64,000 bases of DNA from Octopus sinensis (taxonomy: Eukaryota): positions 28,644,001 through 28,708,000 of the forward strand of contig NC_043004.1 in assembly GCF_006345805.1 (NCBI RefSeq). Direction: 5' to 3'. How positions within the stretch are numbered: position 1 is the first letter of the stretch; every line of letters begins with the position of its first letter. This document shows positions 11,390-23,152 of this stretch, one piece after another. The notes beneath the pieces were generated by a model. It made no database searches and was not told the origin of the DNA. It worked only from the letters and a program-made list of their open reading frames with translations. The position numbers and the translations under genes were made by a program.

Positions 11390-14300
11390 TCATAGAATCA
11401 TAGTCAAGGTGGCTTCGTCATTCATACGTGCCATCCTTGCTACATTCACCCATCTTTTTTTAAAACATTCACTAGACAAAACTTGCCTCTCTACTCTCAC
11501 TTTTTTCTTCAAGTGATACTTGAAGAAGTTGATGAGAGATTGACCAGAGAGGAAAGTGTTTGTCTCTAATCCTTTCAGACGCGTCCACCAGATACATTCT
11601 TTCGCCATAGCCACAAGTATGATAAAAATAGCTCTTCCTTCTCGTTTGAAGGAAGGAGGCGTGACGATATTAACGATAGACTCGGCTGATAAACCGACAC
11701 GTCCCACACGTGACAGCAGTCGTTCGACATAAGCCCACAGGTGGAAATTGCTGGACACTGCACGATTGCGTGCAGAGCGGTTTCGTCGCTCTGCCCGCAT
11801 CTCGGGCAGGTCGGCCCCGTGTTTCTCGAGCCATGCCTATAGAGCTTATCCCGAACGGGTAGCGCTTCTCGGTAGCACCGCCAGGCCAGGGATCTCTGGA
11901 AGTTGTCCATAGGTCCCGGGCCGAAAGTCGTTTGAAACAGGCGGGTCAGGTATTCCTCGTCGACGCCCAGGTTTGCCCCGAGCTCGTCGTCGTACCTCCC
12001 CTCCACTAATCCCCTATAGAATGCTTTGGTTGTGTTGAAGTCACTCAAGGTCGACCCGGGACGGCAGAGTTGCTTGAGAGCAACGCGACACTCGCGGTGC
12101 CATTCGCCCTTCTTCGGCCTCTTTTTGATCCACGACTGTAGTTCGGTCATGGAGACGAGTTGCGGGAATGCGTGCCTCACAAACGGCGACCACACCTGTT
12201 CACCGTCGTCTACATAGAGCCGGAGATGTTGCAGTCTCAGCGCGTGTCTGCGCATCATCAACCACGGCATGCCCAGCCCTCCTTTTAACAGGTGTTGACA
12301 GCAAATGGATCGCCTGACCATCGGGACGCATCCTTTCCACAAGAAGCGGAAGAGGATGCGTTCTAGTTTGGTGATGGTAGGGTCGGGACAAGGTACGACG
12401 GTCAGGCGGTAGTAGATGATGGACGCGATGTACGCGATGTACGCGTTCACCACCTCCGCCCGACCTTTTAGGGACAGTTTCCTCTCGGCCCATTGCTGGG
12501 CGAGAGTGACCACCCTACTCGTTATCTCGTTCCAGTTCTTCTCCATTTGGAGGTCCGGACCGAACCAGACCCCGAGCAACTCAACCGGGCCGTCTGTCCA
12601 GCGTCCCACGACGAAGTACTGGTGGACGGCATGGGCTTGCTTCTCCAGGTGCCGAGCCGCAAGCCCACTGACTTTTCCCGGTTGATTTTTGCTCCTGTCA
12701 CGCCTTGCTCGTATCTTTCAGTGTCTCGCCGACCCGCTCGATGTGCTCGTGGCTTGACACTATGACGGTGACGTCGTCCGCGTATGCAGACCCGCTCGTC
12801 CCGCATCCTAATTCTCGCGGGATGCCCCTCAGAGTCGCCAGCTTCCGCAGTAGTGGCTCAAGAGTCAATACGTATAGAAGCGCCGAGAGGGGGCATCCCT
12901 GACGGACCGAACGTGCAATGTCGAAGGGTCTCGATAGATGTCCATTTACGCGAATTACCGAACGGATGCCTCTGTACAAGGCAGCTATCCAGCCGCGGAA
13001 GACGGGACCGAAACCAGCCGCTCTCAGGACTGCCTCCAAGTATCGATGGTCTACCCTATCAAAGGCTTTCGATTGATCCAAGTTGATCAGGGCCCCACCC
13101 ATGCCAGGTTCGTTAACTACCCTGTCTATGATGTAGCGCATCAGATGGAGGTTGTCATGGATGCTCCGGCCCGGCACGGCGCACGTTTGTGCGTTATCGA
13201 CCAGTTTCTCCATGACAAGCGCCAACCTCTTGGCTAACACCTTTGTCAAAATTTTCAGGTCTGCATTGAGCAGAGTGATTGGCCTAAAGTTATCTATAAT
13301 GTTTCCCTTGTTTGGATCTTTCTTCAGCAGAGTTACAGCTCCTCGACTCACAAAACCGTGTATGCTCCCGTTTTGCTGCCAGTTGCAGTATACCGCTGCC
13401 AAGACGTCTCCAAACAAGTCTGGCATACAATAGTAAAATTCGTAGGGTAGACCATCCAAACCCGGTGATTTGTCCCTCGAGCATTCTGCCATCGCTTCCC
13501 GCACTTCCGCCGCCGTGATGGCACCTTCGCAGCACCCTGCCTTTCTTGTCGAGAGTCGTGGCAGGCTATGTAGGTAGGCACTGAAGTCTACCCTACGTTC
13601 TTGCCCTCCACTCGTCCCGAACAGTCGGGCAAAATGCTGCTGAAAGGCCTCACACATTTTACTTGGCTCGAGCAATTCGCGCCCCTGTTCATCTACCAGT
13701 GACCGAATGGTGGCTTTGTTGCCCTGTTGCGCCTCTGTCACCCGGGCCTCTCTCGCGGCTCCAACACCTTCGTTCCTTAGAGCACGCATCCTAGCTCTGA
13801 CAGCACATCCTTCGTGTTTGGCGTTGAAGTGTTGGTCGAGGGCCAACCTCGCCGCCAAAACGTCGGATGCGATGCCGCTTCTAATTGCCTCTTCTAGCTT
13901 CTTAACTAGCTCACCCTCTACTCTATTTCTATCTATGGCTAGTGCTTTGCTGTACCTAATCGCTTCTGCTTTTACTGCTCTCTTGAGGGCAAACCACCAT
14001 TTGTTGTTGATGATGGCTCCCGTCAAAGCCCTCTTTACTAGTGTGCTAATCCGGTCTCTGAAAACTTGTCTGGACGGGAATGATGCGTTCAGTTTCCAGT
14101 ACCCAGGACCCTGTCTATGTGCCTTATCTAAGTCTAGCGTACACGTCACCAATTTGTGATCCGTGTAGCTGACTGTGTGGAATTGTGGGCATCCTAAGTT
14201 ATCCTTGTCTACTGTCCTACACAGTATCCTATCTAGATACGATCTCGACGACCCACTGCGGTTGCTCCATGTCCACGTTGGTGCATTTGGGTGGTCGAGT

Positions 14301-14836
14301 CGGTACCTGTCAGACAGTTGGAATCGTCTGAGCAGGTCTCTGAGGCATTTGCATCCCCTTCTGTTTCTGTCTCTACCCACGTAGTCTACATGCGTGTCCA
14401 AGGTAGCATTCCAATCCCCCACTAAGAGTAAAGGACGAGACGTTCCCAAGAATACTTCTAGACGTCGAAAGAAATCCGCCCGACCTGTTAAGGCCGTTGC
14501 GTAGACTGATACGAGTCGAAAAGCGCACCCATTGCTGCCGTCAACTTCCAGAACGATCAGTCTACCCTCCGGGTCTACGAATATCGTCTTGACTTCGAGA
14601 TCCAGGCTCTTGTGAAAAAGTACCGCGGTGCCACTACCGCCCATCCTCGGCAGACAGGGAGCGAAATAAATGTTAAACTGTCCGCCAAACATGGACTTTA
14701 GGGCCCGTGGCTCGTGGAGTCTGGTCTCACTTATAGCTATGATTCCCAAATCATGTGACTTGATGTCATTTAGGAGGTATCCTTGTTTCCAAGGAGACCC
14801 CAAGCCACGCGCATTCACACAACCAATCTTGACCAT
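11390..14836 (-). pseudogene. Tx1 ORF2 (APE endonuclease + RT + C-terminal Cys/His motif) with about three frameshifts
   Basis: CVNARGL, ISETRL, GDWNA, SYLDRI, TDHKLV; PGLDGLPYEFY, FRPITLLNADLKI, SKAFDRVDH, VRQGCPLS, AYADD; LLGVWFG, LSLKGR, CPRCGQSDETALHAIVQC. Frame changes near 12715, 12610 and 11770. Confidence 0.92.
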
Positions 14837-14859
14837 GATTCTATTGGGGTGTGTGCTTT

Positions 14860-16969
14860 AAAACACACAAATGAAAGTACAGAGAGTTACTTACTTGTGT
14901 CGAAAGTTTTGGCTTCCTCGTTCTTTGATGTGTCTTCGAGGAGGTTTCTATATAGTTTTTGGGACAGATATTTCTGGAAACCCCCTACAGCATTTGTGAA
15001 GAGGGCTTTGAGTTTGTGGTGTTGTGTTTGTGTGATGTGTAGTATTTTGATGTGTTTGGGTGGTGTAGTGCGTGGATGATGCTATTTTTAAAGTCATCTT
15101 CACAAATGTTTGTGTATCTTGTGATGTACTCCATTAGTTTGGAGTCTTTTGTGTCTATCGCTGATAGCATGTTTTTGTGGTGTTGGTGCTTGTTTTGTTG
15201 TGTATGGAGTTTTCAGGGTTCAGGTATCTCCCTGCTTTGGTTGCGATTTCTTGTTTGGTTTTTCTTGATCTTTTTCTTTTACCCCCTGTGGCTATTTGCC
15301 ATTCTGTCGAACTTTCATCGTTAGATGAAAAGTCTGACGAATCAGCAGGGGGCAAGGGTAAAGCGTCTGGGTGTGTTTGTGCGGTTGTAGATATTGTTGT
15401 GGTGCGCGGGGAGGGTGTTGCTGGGGGGTTTTGTGGTTATTGTCTCTCCTACATCCTTGGTGCTTGTCTTCTTCGTGTTATTCTTGGTGTTGGAATTGGT
15501 TTATTTGTTGTTGGTGGTGATGATTCTGTTCTTGGCGCTGGTGTTGTGTTTTGGTTGGGTTGGCTTGTTCTTTGTTGCTTCCTGCATTTCCGCATGCAGC
15601 TTCTTGACTAGCTGTCCATATTGTGGTGTGGGCAATAACTGGCTTTTGTGATTTTTCCTGTGGCTGTTGTTGTTGTTGTAATTTTGCGGCAGATTTGCAC
15701 TCCTTTTTGAGGTGTGCCTCACTGCCACATGTATAGCATCGTGGCCTTCTGCCCTCGACTACTACGTATAACTTGCGGCCATCTTCAAGATGTACGTGGG
15801 TGGGGATTTTATTTATGTCCTCTTGACTTATGTGGAAGAGGAACTCTATTCTCTTTCCCAGCCAGTCCTTGTTTTCCGAAACACCGATATCTAGGATGTT
15901 TAAGTCCTCCATTTCGGATGTTAAGGCGGATGTAATCCACAGTGTTGTAGTCACTGGGGGACACCACTGATAATGACTTTCGTCACCTTCTGGCCGAGGC
16001 AACTCGGTGTCAACGTTAGTTCATCAGAATGAAGGGTTATCGTTGAGAATTTCTTCGCCAACTCTTCATTCTGAAAAACCACCTGTACGTGTGCGAACTT
16101 GTTCGCCCAAGTCACACAATCCTTGTATCCCCAGATAAGCACTTTTCGACTTTGTCTGTGCTTGCCTTTTCTGGACTTTTTGTTTTTTTATTTGTGATTT
16201 TATATACAATTGTCTTTTTTTTCTCCTCATTCAGTATGTGCTGAGGTATGTGTAAGAGTATTTTTCCGTTTTGATTTGTAATAAGGTTTCTGCAATCTTT
16301 AATCTGTTGTGTAGTAAACGAAACTTTTGTTACCTTTTCTTTTATCGCCTCGGCGAAGTTTGTTGTTGTTTTGTTATTGTTGTTACTGCCGGTGGTGTTG
16401 GTGTTGATGGCAGGGGTGTGGGTTGTAGGTTTGTGGTTGCTGATTATGCAACTAGCAAGGGGTGGAAAATTGCCTACGTAATTTAGTCCTGCATTAGCGC
16501 AAATTTCGGCATTTCGTTTGCTTGTCGTCGTTATTTTTTCACTTGGTGATGGAGTGAGCAGTGGTTGAAGGGAATTGTTGTTGTCGTCGTCGTCGTTGTT
16601 GTTGTTGTTGTGTTGTTAGTCGTTTGGTGACGGCGGTGGTGTTAGTAGTATTAGTACCATTGACGGCACGGTCTTTGGTGGCGGTGATGGTGATGTTGGT
16701 ATTGTTATTGGTGGCGACGTCTTTAGTAGGGATAGCAGTTTAGTAGCAGATTCTGCCATGGTGTTGTTGTCGGTGTTGGTGGTGGTGGTGGACTCACTGA
16801 TGGTGTTGACGGTGCTTGGCCTTGCGACCTTTGTTTTGTATTTGTTGCTGTTGTCGATGTTGATGGTGGCGGAATTGTCAGGTTCAGCGTAAGGTAACAG
16901 AGCATCCTGTTTTTCTGCCTCTGCGTCACGCTTGACTTGCACCTCAGCCTCGTGGTGACCAGTGGCCAT
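14860..16969 (-). pseudogene. Tx1 ORF1 remnant (gag-like, CCHC zinc knuckle), disrupted
   Basis: ATG at 16969 (MATGHHE); RRM-like AHVQVVFQNEELAKKF; CYTCGSEAHLKKEC near 15700-15750; several frame breaks. Confidence 0.75.
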
Positions 16970-17190
16970 TTTGGAAATAAAATGGCTAAATGAAACCACG
17001 AAGGCTATGAGAATTTTTTCTTTTAAATTTTGCCCACAAGGGGCAAAATTTTGTGTAGATATTAATCAAGGTTTGCAGTGGATGTTGTTGCACAACTTTT
17101 AAACACAAAATATTTCACAATAAACAATTTTCAACGTACAAAATGACCAACTTACGTGGAGCCCATTTGACTAGCGTCCGTCCATGTCGA

Positions 17191-17191
17191 G

Positions 17192-17277
<86 letters not shown>

Positions 17278-17300
17278 ATAGATAGGTAGATAGATCTGTA
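17191..17300. repeat. (GATA)n microsatellite, 5' flank of the Tx1 element
   Basis: Direct inspection. Confidence 0.95.
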
Positions 17301-20193
17301 GACAGATACATTCATAATACCTAGATACATACATACAGGTATACAAACATGCAAACACATTTACTATCAAGTATACATTTATACACACATGTAGACAGAC
17401 CTGTGTAGAGATCCATTTATTCATTCATTTTAGTCTGTTTATTCGGGTCTTTCCTTTTTCTTCCTTTTCTAGGATGCATTTACTTATATGAATGCTCATT
17501 TCCGAGCGTAAGTCTCTCTCTCTCACTCTCTCCCTACCTCTCTGTCTTTCGCTTCATCTCTCTCTTACACTCCTTCTCTCTATCTTTATATATATATATA
17601 TATATACACGCAACCTCGTGTGTATGTATGTATAATCATTGGTGCGTTTAGATATGCCTGAAGATAAGTTTCGTTAAAACATGCAATACATTGAGAGATT
17701 TGACGGAGGGAGATTAATGTTCGATGTTTGTTTTATTATATGTTTGAACCTGTTGTAGGTCACGTTTTTGTTTGATTCTCTGAATGCCCTGAAGATATTC
17801 ACACAACCGAGAGTAAATGCTTCGAATTGTTAAAGAAAGTCTAAATGCCATACCGATATTTGTACTTTAACAATAAAACATTTCACTCACTCTTTACTGA
17901 AACTTCACTCAATGTTTTACCCTTTAGGAACGACAGAATTCTTCATTTCAATATAATTCGCTTTTCTAGACACCTGGTAGTTATTTTTCTTGAATTTCTA
18001 ACGTTGTTGATGTTTTGACAAAGTTTTTGTTATGGATGCTGCTACGGTTATTGTCGTTGTTATTGCTGTGGCCGTTGTTGTCGCTAATTTCGTTGCAGTA
18101 GCTGTTGTGTATAGTATTATAGTGGCTACTGATTTGGTTCCTAATGTTCTTATTTTCATTGATGCTATTCATTTTTCGGCTTTTTTACTAAAGCTTACTC
18201 ATTCTCCATTTTGTAATACTTTTTCTCGTACTTATTTCGTTTAACTCTCTTCTTCCGCTTTCCCTTTCTTCCTTCTCTTTCTCTACCCGACTATGATGAC
18301 TTAATATATATACTCATATATATATTCATATGCGTGTACGCGCACTCGTGTCTACATCAATATGGACATTTTATGCACTCTGTGTAATATATATATGTGT
18401 GCATACGTTTTATATGCATGTATCGATGCATATTTAAGAACGTATGCCTCGTTCTTAGTTTCTCGAATTGCGCCTACAAAGAAGTGGCAGGTTATAATTA
18501 CGAAACAACGCTCCATAAATGTAACGGAGACAGCTACAATAGTCAAATGCTAGTGCAACTGGCACACGGATGAATATACCTTGAAGAAAATAGATATCAA
18601 GCTGACAATTATATTTCATATGATAGTACGTTAAGCAATATATTGAATTTTAAATACAAATGAGCAGCGATATACTGTGAGTGCAGCAATCCATCCTTAC
18701 TTTGTTTTCAATTATGTCTCATAGTGAACAAAGTTGCTCTTTTCTAAGAACATGCACGATCAGTTACAACATATCGAGCGAACTTCTCTCTGTTGTTGCT
18801 TTACGGACTTGCTCAAACTTGTCGCGTATATTGTAATTTCTGTCTTTCCTTCAAGCTTCTACAATAATGAGTCATCTTTAACGACGAAACTAGATCTAGT
18901 CCAGAATATAAGATTATTAATTCTTTTTATAAATTCATTTCTGTATAGATATATTATAAACAATGAACCAAACGCAATAACTTTTTTTGTTTTGTTTCAT
19001 CAACTATGGTTGAAACTGCATGTTGTGATCGAACCTGAAATCAGTTGCTTTACAGTCATGTGGTTTTGGGTTCGATCATACTGTGCAATATCACAGCTAA
19101 CAGTTCCACCATATTTCGAATTGACGAAAGCCTTGTAAATGAAATTAAGTAGCGAGAACATTATGTGGAAACCAGTCGGAAAAACATTCTTGTCTTAGGT
19201 GGTGGATTTCATCCCTCGATCGGTTTAATACCACCACATCTAGGCGCTTGGGTATCTTTAGTAGACTCCACCCTTTTGCACTATTCATGCCGATTCTCCA
19301 ATCTCAAAATAGTTTCCTCCCAACAATCTAATCAGCCACATGGGCCTTGCCATTCCTCCTCTATAATTAAAAAAAATTCAACCAAGCAGTAGCTAACTTT
19401 TTCCAAGCATGGAGCTGAAATCTACAAATACAATATTCGTGAGTGGAAAACATCCTAATCTGATGATGTTTGCAGATAACAACCGTCGGTTGCCTCCAAC
19501 TATAATCAAAGGCTTCTCATCTATTTTTATATAGCATTTTTCAGTGTGTCCTTTCTGTTTGAAGATATTATTGAAAGGATATTTAGCGTCTAAGTCTGGT
19601 AGGTCAAGCTTCCTCCTCGGTGAATGAGTCAATTAAGAGTTAAATATCCTGGCCCAAATTTCCCTGTCAGTACACCGACTAATATCTTAGTGAGTTGACC
19701 AACAGCGTATCGTTTCAGTTCTGGGATATAGTGGAAAAGAATGTGGAGATATTTGATAAAAATACAATAGCAAAGTGAAAATCAATATGTTTATGAGGTT
19801 ATATGTTTTGTTACAGACCTGCGTGAGAATATACGATGTGATATTCAAAATCAATGCGAGAGAAATATTGAATCTTGCATGCACTAAAACGCAATGTGTG
19901 CTTCATCTGTCACGCTAGGGAAAGAAGAGTGAACCAACAAATGGAATGGAAGTGGTCGACAGTTACAAATTCTAAAACAGGCGAACAGCATTCAAATAAA
20001 AATGGCTCTAAAGATGCTATTTTAATCAAAATAAAGCTGTAAACTTTTATCGTAAATTGTATTTAGTTTTCAGTTTCACACACTGACACATGTACATAAA
20101 TATAAATATAAAATTAAATATTAAAATCTTTTGTTTTCAAAATATTATCGTTCACTTGACACATATCTGGATGTTAAGTGAGTGGGAATATAT

Positions 20194-20260
<67 letters not shown>

Positions 20261-20835
20261 AATATATATATATATATATATGCTTTCGGTGTGAATGGTT
20301 TTATAAACGGTACGATGTTTGCAATCCTATAAATAGTAATTATGGCGATCAGCGTGCAATGACTAAGGAAAATAGTCTAATAAAGGGGCATATAAGCCCT
20401 CGACAGAAAAAAGAATGCTTTCCTGAAGAAGGGGTTTTTTCTTTGTGTTAATTGTCCTGTACTCTATATTTTTTTGTTGTTAAAAAAATGTCCAGTTCCT
20501 TGGGTTTGTGTCTATGTTTTCGTTTCTCATTGTGTTCGACGTTTTTTTGGTGTCCTGTACTCATATATGCGTGTATATATACATGTAGAGGTTGGTACGT
20601 ACATATATGTATATATATATGCATATGTTTTATTTATTAATATATAAACATATATATACATTCTTCTTTCTTTTATTCTTTTGTTTCAGTCATTTGGCTG
20701 CAGCCATGCTTTTCTCTCTACAAAACGAAATGTTACATTGCGGAACAGTCATCATTTTAACGAGTTGTACTTACTTATCACCCGACAAGATACACCTGCA
20801 CCACCGGATGCACCTGAGCCAGTTGTTGAGTGCCC

Positions 20836-20880
20836 CACCCAAGAGGAATCGATGTTATATGTGTCGAAACAATTGTCGTG
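20836..20880 (+). ncRNA. Decayed type I hammerhead relic
   Basis: CAC CCAAGAG...GUC GAAAC AAUU GUC GUG: stem I CAC/GUG and palindromic ACAAUUGU stem III are retained, the core is damaged. Confidence 0.45.
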
Positions 20881-20999
20881 ATTAATAATAAATTCTCTAT
20901 GTTCCATCTTCTGTCATTCATTTGCTATATAGCTAACGATCAGTGTGAAAGTGACCAGTAAGCTACCGAGTGTAAACCGTTCGTTTATTATCCATTAAC

Positions 21000-21600
21000 C
21001 ACAACCAATTAGCTTAGCATGACGATGAATAAAATAACACGGGATGCTTTGCTAAAGGACATACACATACCCAGAAGGAAGGATTATATACGTGATCTTT
21101 TGGAGAAAACGAATGCGGTGGAAAGCTTAAACCAAATGGCAAACCTAAACATGGTGACCTACTAAGAAAAGTATTCAAATCCAGAAGGAACCCACCGACC
21201 AACCAGCACCTAACCAGATTTGAAGAAGAAATAAATAGTATGGTTAAGAACGTGAAGTTCAGGAAGTGCCCTAGGTGTAATATACATCAACAGAAAATCA
21301 GAAAATTACTTGTCGACTTCAAGAAAGCTCCGGGGATACTTGTACCAGCGGACAAAACCATTAACATTTATATTGTTGATATTGATCTATATAAGTCTAT
21401 GATTAGGAAGGAATTACGCAGCAAATATAGACATGCTAGTAACGACGTAGTAAAAAGAATTAACAATATGGGGCTACAAATCGTCAGAGATCTAGCCACT
21501 GATGATAGAACCAAACCCTTGAAAACTCCGGATTATGCTTAAGGACCATAAACCTAACTTTCTTCTTAACCCTTCAGTTAGATTGATTTGTCCTTCTAAA
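21000..21600 (+). mobile_element. Penelope-like element, N-terminal ORF fragment
   Basis: MVKNVKFRK...ILVPADKTINIY matches the PLE pre-RT region (PADKT motif). Confidence 0.7.
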
Positions 21601-21903
21601 TCCAATATAGGCATTATTTGTAACAAAAATAAATGATAGGGTTATACCCGTCCTATGCACCTTTGATGATGGGTACAATTCAGAATTCTAGCCAGAGTAC
21701 AAGAGTTGTAAGTTCCGCATTAATTCGCCATAAATGTTCACTTTTTCATGTATGTATGTTTCGAAAAGTCAACTTAAGTCTATAAACACGCTCACCGATT
21801 ATTGTTCACTTATTTCAATTTATATCGTACGAATTTCCATCACGCTTTTCTTTCTCTGTGCCTTTACATTATTTTGATTTATCAAATATTGTGAATTATC
21901 AAC

Positions 21904-22284
21904 TACTAGCAGTATCGCCCGGCGTTGCTCGGGTTTGTAAGAGAAATAACTATAAAGCATTTTTAGAGAGTTATAGCCAAAAAATAGCAAAAATATGCAT
22001 TAAAAATGGAAAAAAAATTATGGTATTTTTTTTTTTTTAATCGTTGACTCATCGTAGACATTTTTAGAGAGTTACTTCCCTTATATAATAGCGAAAAAAT
22101 GCACTAAGGGAAGTAACTCTCTAAAAATGTCTACGAAGAGTCAACGATTTTTTTTTTAAATTACCATAATTTTTTTTCCATTTTTAATGCATTTTTTTGC
22201 TATTTTTTGGCTATAACTCTCTAAAAATGCTTATATAGTTATTTCCCTTACAAACCCGAGCAACGCCGGGCGATACTGCTAGTA
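21904..22284. repeat. Palindrome (~180-bp arms, 21-bp spacer) made of two outward-facing Helitron-like 3' ends
   Basis: Arms are near-perfect reverse complements; each ends cccgagcaacgccggg-cgatactg-CTAG-t (hairpin + CTAG). Confidence 0.8.
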
Positions 22285-22689
22285 ATAAATAAATAAAGAT
22301 TAAAATACAATCTTTTCTCAACAATTTGGGCGCTTTCCAATCATAGCTAAACATTCGAACGCAGAAAATCAGTTTGATTTCTTTTGATATTTTTTTTACC
22401 CAATTTAATGGGATCCGCTTTTAGAAAGTGTGTGTGTGTGTAAGTGAATGTTTGGATGTGTGTGAGTGTAAGAATGTGTATATGTGTGTAAAGCGTAGAT
22501 AGCATTGATGTGACAGTAACGTACTCCTGGCCTAGCTATCCGTCGTTTACGACAACGAGTGTTCCCGTTGATTCGATCAACGGAAAAGCCTGCTCGTGAA
22601 ATTAACGTGCAAGTGACTGACCTCTCCAAACAAACATACCCTTAACGTAGTTCTCATGGAGATTCAGTGTGACGCAGAATCTTTTCTAC

Positions 22690-23152
22690 TGGAAGCACAA
22701 GGCCTCAAATTTTGGGGGAGGGAATTAAGTCGGTTACATAGACCTCGGTGTGCAACTGGTACTTATTTAACCGACCCCGATAGGATTAAAGGCAAAGTCT
22801 AACCCAGCGGAATTTGAACTCAGAACAAAATGGCAGACGAAATACCTATTTCTTTATTACCCACAAGGGGCTAAACATAGAGGAGACAAACAAGGACAGA
22901 CAAACGGATTAAGTCGATTATATCGACCCCAGTGCGTTACTGGTACTTAATTTATCGACCCCGAAAGGATGAAAGGCAAAGTCACCCTCGGCGAAATTTG
23001 AACTCAGAACGTAACGGCAGACGAAATACGGCTACGCATTTCGTCCGGCGTGCTAACGTTTCTGCCAGCTCGCCGCTTTATAACGTGAAGACGGACGAAA
23101 TACCGCTGAGCATTTCGCCCGGTGTGCTAACGATTCTGCCAGCTCGCCGCCC
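22690..23152 (-). mobile_element. Nested or tandem tRNA-derived SINE family B copies (complete copy at 22846-23082)
   Basis: Head ggcgagctggcagaa(a/t)cgttagcac, B-box-like gagttcaaatt, core actttgcctttcatcctttcggggtcgataaattaagtacc (Deu/Nin-like by recollection). Confidence 0.8.

Larger units (their letters stand above)
10988..17192 (-). mobile_element. Full-length L1/Tx1-clade non-LTR retrotransposon (~6.2 kb) inserted in (GATA)n
   Basis: ORF1 remnant with CCHC knuckle, ORF2 with APE, RT and zinc motif, 3' end aataaagaaa, and same-orientation (GATA)n on both sides. Confidence 0.92.

Noticed and set aside
17650-17840. Two ctgaaga motifs resembling hammerhead cores
   Set aside because: No intact GAAA, stem III or matching stem I; at best very old pLTR relics
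18734-19632. ORFs of 75-134 aa in non-microsatellite sequence
   Set aside because: No recognisable motif, no convincing splice signals and non-ATG starts; cannot be supported without a homology search
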